Assembly (NCBI GenBank): GCA_050084515.1
Contig: CM114271.1
Span: 20,336,001-20,400,000, forward strand
Length of the DNA: 64,000 nt
Source: Blasia pusilla
Taxonomy: Eukaryota
Direction of reading: 5' to 3'
Made by a program: the position numbers and the translations under genes
Shown here: positions 1 through 11,123 of the stretch, piece by piece
How the letters are laid out: every line of letters starts with the position of its first letter
How positions within the stretch are numbered: position 1 is the stretch's first letter
The notes under the pieces: generated by a model
Told to the model about the DNA's origin: nothing
Seen by the model: the letters and a program-made list of their open reading frames with translations, nothing else
The model's database searches: none

Positions 1-821
1 CAGAGCTTACATTGCGTATTCAACTTAATATTGGGGTTGTCCAGTCGTTTATGTGTAGAGATGTTAGGATTCATAGCCAGATGGATCTTAGACATGTGTG
101 TGCATGACAGCCGATGTATGATGGCAACGATGTGTATTCGCACGACAATGCTTTATCTTGATGAATTTCCATTTTCTTGTATTAAAAATTGTAAAGATGT
201 TTGTATGCTAACCCCAACTCTTCTCTTGTAGTTCTCAACACACTAACATCATAAATCTTTTCCCTCTTATAAGTATACTTCGGATTATCACCAACAACAA
301 TTTCCAATCCACCTATTGATGAGATGGAGTTTGAAGAAACTTATACTCATATCTATATCATGTATTTTTTTTATTGAAGTGGAGAATATCTGCACAATTC
401 TTCATCAGAAATCTATTCAGATGGGTCAAGGATGACTTTGAAATTCTAAGAAGAAGAGTAAGGAGAGTGAGTAGCTTATCCCCTATTTTGGGTTTATTTG
501 TAGCTATTTTTATGAACTTACCATTTTGGGAAAGTTCCCTATTTTGGCTTATTTGAATTTCTATTTAAAAATTTTTTCTTAGTATGCATGCATCTGTCAT
601 TGAAGATAGATTGAAAGTACGTTTAACCCAAAGAGATAGTTTAATTAACAACCCATTCTCTCTATATTCAATCTCTTAGATTCCATAAGGCAACGGATTT
701 ATTGTGCTCCTTATTAATCTTGTGAATAACCCAAGGCTTTCACTATACGAGTAGCCTAAGGTTTGATTTGAAAATATTAGAGAGAGCTATGGAGTGTAAA
801 TGCTTGTTAATTTAAGATTTT

Positions 822-823
<2 letters not shown>

Positions 824-896
<73 letters not shown>
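824..896. repeat. (GA)n microsatellite
   Basis: Uninterrupted GA dinucleotide run. Confidence 0.95.
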
Positions 897-899
<3 letters not shown>

Positions 900-1822
900 T
901 GGGGTGCGGTGATAACATGCAACCCCGAGCTTATAGTGGGACATATTAAGTCTCTTCCGACTTCTCACATCCGACACACTTTTGTGTGACAAGGCGATAT
1001 ATTGCATCGAATGCTAGGCTTGGATGTGTGTCTGAATGTGGTAGCAAGAAGTAACTCTTCATCTTCATGGACATTGTTTACATGGTGGGAGTCTCAGAGA
1101 GAGTGAGAATCCTTGTTGTGTACATCCGACCTTATCCTTATCCGCCACATCCTCCTATGGTTCAGACATAGGTCTCTTCTCCAACCAAGAGAAAGCTCGC
1201 TTCTTGCTTCTTGTGTAGATGCAAGGATGCAACTTATCAATGAAATCTCCTTGTCGCATTAAAGGCTACTTCAACATGTTTGAGGCAGTCTGTTGGCATT
1301 GGAAGGCTAATCGGAGGTGAGAGAAGGTTATACATCTTATTGGTCTAGATCCATGTCCCCTGCTCATCGGCCGGATCCGTGTGTTCCCATCATAGGTAGT
1401 GAGAGAGATGGCTGATTATGGAGTCATATTCAGCAGTCTAGCCCGGGTTGTGATTGGTATTTTTCGAAATAAAGTTGACCGTCTCATGGAGAGTATGTTT
1501 ATGCACTCGCTACTAATGTGTGTATAAATACACTTCTGCGTGTACCCAAAACAATTGTGTACACATGGAAGTAAAATCCTCTAGTAGAATGTGTCATGCG
1601 ATGTAGATGAAATCATTCTCATCATAGAAGTAGATTTATAAGTACTATAGATTCGCTATTGCATTTCAATACAAAAAAAAGTCAGTAGGGAATATTTTCT
1701 GAATCTTGAATATCATGACAATTTGAATTTAATCCAAAGTATCTTGGATTGCAGAGCTAGACTTTGTAGAGGCCCTCATCCATGAGGACCTTATCATTCC
1801 AATGCGAAGCACCTAAAGGACC

Positions 1823-2677
1823 TCATCCAAGAGTACATGTTGATGAACATTCATCAACTTCATTGTCGAGTTGGTTGACCAAGTAGTCATGTGAGCCAGA
1901 ATCATCTAAATTGGCAGAGGAGTTTAATCGAAAGGGATGAACCGTGCAAATATCTGGTCCAAAATTATCTACGTCCGGATTTTGCAATGGGTGGGTGTAA
2001 ACTTTCTCTGGAGTTGCCACAGAGATTTCCTTCTTCATTGTAGATACCTCTTTCTTTGTTGTGTGCAATCTCCTTCCTTGGTTGTAGTCTAAGTACCCAA
2101 AGGAATCGACGTGCAACAACTCCATATCTTTTTCATTCAACAAAATAGGTGTAGGATAATATTTATTATCATCTTCAAAAGATGATGTCTCATCGGCTAG
2201 ATTCAAGAGGAAGTTTGTTGAAAAAGAACGTTCCCCGCTAAGTTGGTGAATATCTTTTATTGCGAACTTCAGCTCATTCTGTAGCTGGAAAAGTTCTTCC
2301 CATGAAAGCCTGTGAAATGGTACCTCCATATAATCTCGACGGGTGCATTTGAATGTTGGTGATGCTTGCACCCTACATATGCTCTTTCCTTTTTCAATAG
2401 TACTCGAGCAGTAATACAGGTCGTCATGATCTGGAGTAGTAGCATGTACAGGAAGCGAATTGTAGATGGAAAGTCTCCTTCTATGTTTATCTACAAAGAA
2501 TGCAAGTTTCAATGTAAGAAATGAAATTTTCAATGAAATGAAATATGAGTTGAATGTGGATGTGTTTGAATGCATACACACTTGCTCAAAGATAGGTCCG
2601 TAGGTACGACTGTTGATGTGACCTCTGTATTGTAGATAGACACTCTTGAAAATAGGACGTGCTATGTATGTATACAT
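1823..2677 (-). CDS. 284-aa ORF of unknown function (possibly TE-derived)
   Basis: Long ATG-started ORF in AT-rich DNA, with a TATA-like CTATAAAAG about 60 bp upstream on the minus strand. No domain recognised. Confidence 0.25.
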   Translation of the reverse strand: MYTYIARPIFKSVYLQYRGHINSRTYGPIFEQVCMHSNTSTFNSYFISLKISFLTLKLAFFVDKHRRRLSIYNSLPVHATTPDHDDLYYCSSTIEKGKSICRVQASPTFKCTRRDYMEVPFHRLSWEELFQLQNELKFAIKDIHQLSGERSFSTNFLLNLADETSSFEDDNKYYPTPILLNEKDMELLHVDSFGYLDYNQGRRLHTTKKEVSTMKKEISVATPEKVYTHPLQNPDVDNFGPDICTVHPFRLNSSANLDDSGSHDYLVNQLDNEVDECSSTCTLG

Positions 2678-4155
2678 GCGAACTCAAAAGTTAGTACTTA
2701 GAAGCCAAAGCAAGGGTGTGTTAGAATGCATAGGCTTTTATAGTTATATTTTGAGATACAAACTTGCTTGTTGGTCTCACCTAAGGTTGAACGCGCCCAG
2801 TTTCTGAAAGTGAAAGTAATGATTTGGGAGTGAAAGATTTGAGCTAGATTTCATAATAATAACGCAAACATATAATTTTGGGTGTAACAACCCTATATAT
2901 AGTTGTTACCATTAACATGTGGCACATCCTTGATCTCAAAGTGTTTATGACAAAGCACACCCCATTTTCTCTAAGTGGCTACAACCACTTAGACAAAATG
3001 TGGCTGAAATATTAATGACAAAGCACACCCTAAAAGTGGTTGTTTCCCGTTAGAGAAAATGGTGGCTCAAAATGAGAGAAGCTAACTCTTTCTTACCAAT
3101 CATAATACCTGAAGTGAATGCAGCCTCTAAAATCCAAATATAAGAATACACACATGAAAGAAGAATTTAAAACACTTCGAATGAAATTTTTATTAATTAT
3201 AAATCCAACACCTTTAACAAACATCTGTGAAGCCTTTTGCCAAATAGCAACATTTTGGACTTGGACAAAGATAGGTGTAATGCGCTTAATAGTATATATG
3301 TCATTATTTCTCAACTTTAGATCCCTATTGTATAGGTTTTGCAAAAGCCCAAAATTTGGTAAGTTTTTGGGAGAACTTCAAGATATTTAATCTTCAATTT
3401 TGTGTTGACATCATGACATAGCACCTACTTTACTAAGATGAACCAAATTTACTACAACTTAAATATTCCATCTTTCTTGTTGAAAATTTTCCAAAATTCT
3501 ATATTTCTTTTTGAAAATTTCCAAAAATTCCATACCAAACATTCAATCTTGAATATCCTACTCAACCTTGCAAACTATGTTGTTGTTGCACCCTATTGCC
3601 TATGACTACACTACACCATCAAGGAGGAGTTTGATGTCTCCACTAAGTTATTGAAGACTTGCAAGTTGTCTAGGAGGAATATCAACACTGTGCTACCCAT
3701 CCTAGTCTTTTGCCTTCACCTGCGAGGGGTCCGCGGAGATATTGGGTATTTTTTGAAGTGTTTCGTTGTATAAGGATGATTTGAGCACTAATGATGGATG
3801 GGAATCATGGCATCAACCCATGTGGGATGTCTAGATTAATAGTTGTCTCCCCACGCTCACTAGAGGATATAGATTAGCGTAGAGTACTATAGCACCGTGC
3901 CTCTTATTGTTGTGTCGTACATATCTTAAAGTGAAGGTTCGGGTGTCTTATATTTAGTTGCTGAATTATTAAGATTTCATTTGCTAAAAATAATTGTGCA
4001 AGAGGTACATGAGTGACCACGACATCCATTCAAGATTTTGAGAGGCTAGGTGATGAGAGTAATATCAAAGTATTTATGTTAAGTAGTGGGAAGTATCAAG
4101 GGTATTCATATGAGGGACTACCTTGAGCTCTCTCTATATCATCCTCAAACATGGG

Positions 4156-4414
4156 CAAGGTTGTATATGGACAAAGTCTATGTCCGTGGACTTATGTCCG
4201 ACCTATAGAAGGACTTGTCCATATGGGCCCCATCTCCCTACTTGCCTTTGTGAGCGCACTTTTTCGTTTCTTCCTCCTCCCACCTCCACTCCCTCCCCCC
4301 TTATTGCCCCTCTTTCTTTGCCTTACCTTCCACCATGAATTATAAGTGTGGGTTCATCTTTTACAATCCATATCCGTGGACATGTCCAAACTTGTCCGTT
4401 TTTGTGCAACCATG
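4156..4414. mobile_element. hAT-type MITE (TIR CAxGGTTGYA family)
   Basis: Starts caaggttgta and ends tgcaaccatg; internal tgtccgtgga/atgtcc motifs are shared with copies at 32.1-32.9, 54.9-55.2 and 62.25 kb. No clean TSD. Confidence 0.5.
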
Positions 4415-4818
4415 GATGGAGGAGATATTCTTGAGGAGTGGTTTGCTACTGCATCCCCTAGGGCGTTTAGTGGTCCTGACCTGTGGGTGTATCATATGGA
4501 TGATGGGGATAGAGGAACGCATAAGTTATCAAGAGCCTTTGGCAACATTGACTCCTACGACTTCATTCTGAAGAGGGTGCAACTCCTAGAGGGCAAGGAA
4601 CTTATAAGAGTTCAAAACCATTCATAGTATGGAAAGGTATATTTCAACATTCAAATATGCAGCCAATCAACTACCAAGAGTTCTCAGGAAGGTTTTTGGC
4701 AGAGATTGAGGCTTGGAAGCTTTACTAAGTCCCACACTATGTGTCATGGAAAAAGCCATTTGAAAATAATATGGATGAGAGGGAAGAGGCTACCTCCTCT
4801 ACTCTGAGTGGGGCTTGT

Positions 4819-5463
4819 TGTCGTACGCATACCCATCGCTACACAACATACATCGCTGTCACCGAACACACACACACATACACGCATGATCCCATGCTAA
4901 CTCATGGCATCCAAACAACGAGACAAGAAGTACCAAAATATCTCCAATAAAGTAAGCTTCAATCTCTCTCTCTACACCATCTCACACCATAGCTCTCAAA
5001 GGTGTGCACTCTCTCTCATGTCAAACCAAACCCACTCTCCTAATGAGAGGCTCGGGTTACACTCACAAGGCAAGGGACCATAGCTCCGCCGCCTCATGCC
5101 AAGAGGTTCAACAAAGAGAGAATGAGCTCTCAAGCTCTCTCTCCTTGAGGTATACCCCTCCCCTCTCCCAAGCTCTCTCCATGGTAACCTATTCTCCCAA
5201 GTCACCTCCTTGGCTCTTGACCTGATGTAGGAGGTCAAAAGCCACTTACCAAAAATAGAAAGTCGATCATATACTCAAAATGGTACTTACCTAAAATAGT
5301 AAGTTCCTCAATATGGTTCATAATGAGCCGAAACGAAGGGGAAACCTGCTCTCTCAGGTTTCCTAGGGCCTCAGCAAGTCATCCGCGACCTACTGAGCAT
5401 GTCCTCCACTACTCATGAAGGCGCTCTATTAGATCTCACTGATCTATCCTAAAAGACGTGACA
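4819..5463 (-). repeat. 3' LTR of DNMT/PHD-Gypsy element (copy 1)
   Basis: Termini tgtcgt...gtgaca; strongly similar to 30210-30717 and 58361-59022. Confidence 0.85.
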
Positions 5464-5465
5464 GC

Positions 5466-5593
5466 TGTCGTGCGCATACACATTGCTACACAACATACAT
5501 CGCTGTCACCGAACACAGACACACAAACACGCATGATCCCATGCTCACTCATGGCATCCAAACAACGAGACAAGAAGTACCAAAATATCTCCA
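5466..5593 (-). repeat. Extra ~128-bp direct copy of LTR segment A (4819-4946), next to the polypurine tract
   Basis: tgtcgtgcgcatac...caaaatatctcca repeats 4819-4946; minus-strand AGGGGGGCG PPT-like tract at 5596-5604 lies immediately internal to it. Confidence 0.85.
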
Positions 5594-5766
5594 ATCGCCC
5601 CCCTAGCTGGTAGTTAGGTCCCTCTAACTCCAGATAGCCATCTATCCCTACCTACCATGACATACATCTCTCGGACGCTAAGAGCAAGAAGGCCGGGTGC
5701 TCATGTGGCCCCATCGTTAGTCGCCTCCTTGTCATCCAAGTCACAGACACAAGTCAGAATGTAGAA

Positions 5767-5919
5767 CTACCTACTCAATGTACATCTGGGACACATCCAT
5801 CGTCCCTGAGGAACCCTAGTGAGAGGTGGCGTCAAACATGCCATATGCCATCCTCTCGAACACCCATCACAGACTAGCATCGTGGCCGCACCACGGCGGG
5901 CGTAACCACACAACATACA
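5767..5919 (-). pseudogene. PHD finger (C4HC3) at the Pol/integrase C-terminus
   Basis: Manual translation of 5919-5782: CMLCGYARRGAATMLVCDGCSRGWHMACLTPPLTRVPQGRWMCPRC, then TLSR and TAG at 5769-5767. Canonical PHD spacing including W-x-C-x2-C. Not shown in the ORF track. Confidence 0.9.
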
Positions 5920-7100
5920 ACGCAAGCTTTGCAGGAACTACTACTAAGCTCGGATCTAATGTACCATCAATGTTAGGAAGGTGACATGGCGCATAATTAC
6001 GCACATGGTCCTTCCATACCATAACATCGCGTCCCTCCAGCAAGAGAACACCCGATGGCAAAATGTCACACTCTCAGGATAGTGCGCCTGTGATCACATC
6101 CAACGCCGGTGCCGTCTGGCTGCAAGTAGACATAATCTCCCTGATGAAACCTCCGGATAGTTGGTCGATAACCACCATCCCGAATAGTCGCATACCTCAA
6201 CGTATCCCGATGTTGTGCAATCGCCAAGTTCTCGAACGCCATGGGCATCACTCTCCGAAATAACTCATCCCTCTGAGAACATGCTCGCACCCATACATCT
6301 GGGTCATCAAGGTTCAAGCACTCACCCAAGATCTCGACGAATGGCCGTAGGTAAATGTGGCTCTCGGCCATAAAGTAGCAAGTACGGTGAAAAAGACGCT
6401 AAGGATGCGTGCCTGCTGAATCTGTATCCCATCGCCAACCATGGCAACTGGAGGTCCCAATCTCCTAGGTGACCTCTCTGCAAGCCATACTTGCGTAAAC
6501 CTCTCTTCACTGTCTGCACAACTCTCTCCGCTAATCCATCCGCCTCGGGATGATCTCGCGAAGTCGTGCGGTGGTCGATCAACGCCTGATCACACAAGGC
6601 CTGGAACTCACCGCGAAACTCGGTACCTTGGTCTGTCAACACCTCAGCCGGTGCACCATAATGACTCAGCACTCTGTCAAGGAAGGCATAAGCTACTCCC
6701 TCACTCGCTTTGTCAGGCAATGCAACCAACTCGATCCACTTCGAGAAGTGCTCGACCATCACCAACACATAACGACTGTGACGCTCCATCAAGGGCAAAG
6801 ATCCTGCAAAATCCAAACTCCATCTATACCCTAAGCCCATGATCGGTAAGGGATGCAACTGTGGAGTCGGAGCATTGAACGATGCTCGGACCCGATCACA
6901 CACCATGCATCTGGCAACAAACTGCTGGACGTCAGTCTGCACGCCTTGCCACCAATATTGAATCTGGAGCAAGCTGTACGTTCACTTCACCCCAAAGTGA
7001 CCCAAATCCTCATGGGCATGCTGCACTAGTCGTGCTCTCTGCGAAGGATGCGGCACTACGCGTACTCTGCTATCCTCCCAAACCCTCAAAACATGTGTCC
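5920..7100 (-). pseudogene. DDE integrase (HHCC + rve core + C-terminal region), frameshifted
   Basis: HEDLGHFG...YWW...CMVC zinc domain; ORF 6322-6972 with SLDFAG, TDQGTEF, ADGLAERVVQT; then SPYLLLYGREP and FHQGDYVYL. Confidence 0.95.
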
Positions 7101-7399
7101 CCTCCCAACGAAACCGCCGGCCCAGAGGATCCGATCCTGCTCTCTAGCATCCATGGTGCTCGCTTAACGCTTTGCCAAAGATCTGAAGGTAATCCAAGAC
7201 TACTCCATCATCATGAATATCTCGGCCACTTGTCGTGTCCTCACTGGCCTAGGGATCCAAGGACTCTCCACTAGACCTCGCCATCAAAGTCTCCTCACTC
7301 TGGCTCTCCATAGCCAACATGCCTAAATAGGCTGACGAATGCCATCCTGACACTGACTCCTCATCACTCTCTCCATGCCATCGAGCTCTAGTCGCATCT

Positions 7400-8720
7400 C
7401 GCAGACTCGAGCATGGGTTATGACTCAACCCATCTGCATCCTGGTTGAGCGTCCCAGGTCTATATACCACCTGAAAATCATACTCGTGCAACAACAGAGC
7501 CCATCTCGCAAGCTTCCCTGTAAGCTTGTCGGACTCCATCAACCACTTCAGTGGTTGATGATCAGTGATGATGGTAAAGGGGTTGCCAAATAAGTAACAC
7601 TGAAATGCGCGATGGCCCACACATGACCAAGCACTCACCCTCATACGAGTGTACTTTGTCTCTGCAGCGTTGTTCAGCGGCTAGCGTAAGCCACCACAAA
7701 CTCTCTACCCTCATCATCATCTTTGGGTGAGCACCGCTCCAAGCCCCAACATGCTCCAATCGTGCAATGGCGAAAGGACCCCGATCGGTCTCCTCAAGAT
7801 GGGTGCGGACGTCAACTTTGTCCTTGAGCAATCGAAATGCTCACTCCTGCTCATCCCCCACGCCACTCGTGATCCACCTTGGTCGAGCAAGGTCGGCCGC
7901 TTAATCGAATCGAATCCCTTGCGTATCTCCGATAGAAGTTCGCCAATCCCATGAATGCGCGAACACGGCTCACATCTCAGGGGCGTGGAATGCGTGAGAT
8001 AGCCTCTACCTTCGTTTCTTTGAACATCAAGGCCCCTGGGTATATCGTATGACCCAAGTACTCAATCTGGTCGTAGAAGAACTTGCACTTTCTGGATGTA
8101 GCTTCGGCCCATGTAATTGCAATCGCCGGAATACCTCCTCTAGATGTTGCTCATGCTCCTCAACCGCGGGCGCTAAAGACTACAATGTCATCAATATAAC
8201 ACCTAGCAAAATCCGGACCAGCCAAGATCCTATCGATGACCCTCTGAAACTCAATCGGGGCGTTCTTTAACCCAAATGGTAAGAACCGCCATCGGTACAA
8301 ACAATCCTTCCGTGAGGATCGATGCCCCAAAATGCCGTCTTCGCTTTTGTCCTCCAATCGATAGGCGTTGATGGTATCCGCTCATAAATCAATGAATTGA
8401 AGATCTTTGCGTGACCAATCGCATCAAAGATCTCTCAGGGGTGGGCATGGCATACCTATCGGACTTTGTCTCGCCGATTGATAGGTCGGTAATCCCCACA
8501 TCCGCCTATCCGCCCGGTTGCCATGCACATCCTTCTTGGCGGGCATGACAGTGGCAGATGCATACTCCCCATGCGACATCTCCACTAGTCTCGCTCGACC
8601 AAGTCATGGCTCCTACTCAATCGAGCCCTCTCCATATCATCACACTGTAGGGTTGTCGGAAGATCGGCATATCACTCGACAACTCAATGCGGATCCCGGT
8701 CCCTTCAAGCGTACCCAAAT
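7400..8720 (-). pseudogene. Reverse transcriptase and RNase H of Gypsy copy 1
   Basis: ORF fragments YRWRFLPFGLKNAPIEFQRVIDRILAG...[10 protein letters not shown] and YLFGNPFTIITDHQPLKWLM...KLARWALLLHEYDFQVVYRPG; many frameshifts. Confidence 0.93.
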
Positions 8721-9164
8721 CCTCCATGCTAAACGCAGCGGCTCCTATAACTCTGAGGAACGATGTATTCGGCGCCGCTCTCCTCCTGTCAACTTAGGGC
8801 CCATATCGGCTCCCAAGTCTCCATCGTGACTACGGTAGGACTCTCCGTGGCGCGGGTATCGGTGGTTGCTATGGTGCAACCCGTCTCGAACAAAAACACT
8901 CGGCCGCTCTCCTGCGACCAAGCGCAAACTCGATCTCCTCCGTGCGGTGCCCAAAACCACGCTCAATGTTGTAGCTATCATCTCCATGCGTGCACTGCAA
9001 AACATCCCAAGAAGTCCAAGGGTGTCTCTCCGATCTCCCCGGTCGAGATCTCCTCGGGTCTCGCCCCGACCCACGCCTCCACCGTCTCGGTAGGCATGGG
9101 GCTCCAACGCAACCGCTCGATCTATCGCGATCTCATACGACGTTGCTCAGCCACTCCCAAGCCG

Positions 9165-10080
9165 AGATCCATGTCAGCGTTCAGTCCATCGCCGACCTAA
9201 GACATGGTGTCGTGAAGCCTCGACACTTGATGGTACTTCCGTCACTCCTGCGGGGAAATCCCATCGCCGCTCTCTCTCTCGGCGTTGGGCTCCACCAACC
9301 GCTGAACTGGTCATCCCAAACCAAGCTAGGACCGGCCTCCTTGTATGCATAGGAAGCGGAAAACTCACAAACGTGGGCAAGGCGCCCAGTTTTTCCTACC
9401 CTGTTGACCACGATCCAGCGGTGGTCGATCATCGTGCCTCACCGCTCTGTGATCGACGACCTGGATCAAGAATGGAATCCACTAACAAATGGGAGGGGCG
9501 CTCCACTCTCGCATACGCCCTCCATAACACCGCATGGGGTACCAAGTTGGTCCACCATAGACGCGGGCGATGGGCTCTAGAACCTACACTCGCCGCATCA
9601 AGAACACCGTTGAGCCGATCCGGGACGCACTGATGAGCACTCGTCACCACCCGTGACTGGAGTCTCCTAAGATCGGCACATTCTCCAGTGTAGGTGGAGA
9701 ACGAGGACTCAGTGCTCTTGCAGCGCCGAAGACCCTCAACATCTCCCAAAACAACTGGACCGAGTGTCGCCCAACCCATTTGCCTCGTCCGACTCGTACG
9801 ACATGGCCAACCGGCAATGACCAAATCAATGGTCCCTACCCGCTCTAAGTCTGCGCCCCAACAACAAAATATCCTCGCTAGGGAAGTCAGGTACCCTCAG
9901 ACTGCGGACGCACAATAAGTCGGGAAAACATAGGCGTAATTGCGCCACATATCGTAGTGAGACGCACCTCACAACATCATCACTCTCCACTTACAGGTGC
10001 TGGCTGTACTTGCACTCGTCCTGCAAAACAACGGCTAACCCGGTGCTAATCCTTCCAAAGAGATCTAACACTCGAATACC
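9165..10080 (-). pseudogene. C5 cytosine DNA methyltransferase domain (DNMT3-like) in Gypsy Pol, copy 1
   Basis: GIRVLDLFGRISTG (motif I), IDLVIAGWPC (IV), LENVPILGD (VI), DAASVGSRAHRPRLWWTNL (VIII), ERAAMGFP (IX), spread over frameshifted frames. Confidence 0.88.
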
Positions 10081-10586
10081 CTCCTCCGGGATACACCACA
10101 CAATGGGTGTGGTATCCAAGGATGTCATCGTAGCACTCCCTGCTACCTCGGGTTCCTCAGACCCGTCACGCTCTGGTGCAAATGCCTCGCTCCCACGTGG
10201 TGACGTGCGTGCTCATCGCTAATCGTTGAAGCTCCTCGGCCGAGCCCAACGGCACCTCTCCTCCACGGAATGATGCGGCTACCATAACACTCCTCTCCAT
10301 AGAAATGTCGAACGGAGTATCCTCTGCATGGACATGTCCTCAATCAAATCACTAGGCCAAGTGATGGCATCGCTAAATCCGCTAAGGTCGCCATCTCTCC
10401 GGCCGCTGCTCGATCATCGCACCTATGAATCGAACGGATAATGAGCTAAGGCGCCCATCACCTGACTTCCATCCTGGTCTCAGGGACGCCGCTCCTCCCG
10501 GTAATCCAGGAAAATCCCCGGGTATAACATCGCTCCACCAACCAAGACGTCGAGGACTCGCATCGTCTCTATTGCCTTGGCGCGCA

Positions 10587-11123
10587 CTACGGACTCATCG
10601 TAGGATGTCGGCGAATCCTCACCACGACCTCTCGCCGGGTGATATACTGTGTGGTACTCGCTCTACCCAAGGATGTCTGTATCCGGAATGGACAACGCTC
10701 CACATCGACTCTCGTCAAGCCCAATCCTCTGAATGACGCTTTCCCCAACATCAAGGATTGCGCTCCTGAATCCAACAAGACGTGCTGCGGACTAAAAGCT
10801 ATACCTCCAAAACTCACCAACTGGAAGACCTCTCCTCGGTTATCCAGCAACACAACACCAGGAAAAGCCATGGCACGCTCTATCGCGGGTCTAGCGGGCA
10901 TCTTTGCCATCCTAGCAGCCGCAGCGTGCCATGAATCTGACCTGGACGGCCCGAGCATCCGCTCCAAGGGCAGGTCCATCACATCCTCTGCAATCACCTC
11001 TAAACGTGATGTAGGAACCCCAACTCCGTGCTCACATAGTGAAGCGGCCAGCCAAAAAGCCTCGGCGGGCAAACCCCCCAACGTCATAATATCGGAAGCA
11101 GAAAATAAAGGAGTGCGGTACAC
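10587..11123 (-). pseudogene. Retroviral-type aspartic protease, copy 1
   Basis: HVLLDSGAQSLMLG (DSG catalytic motif); homologous to 26124-26519. Confidence 0.85.
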
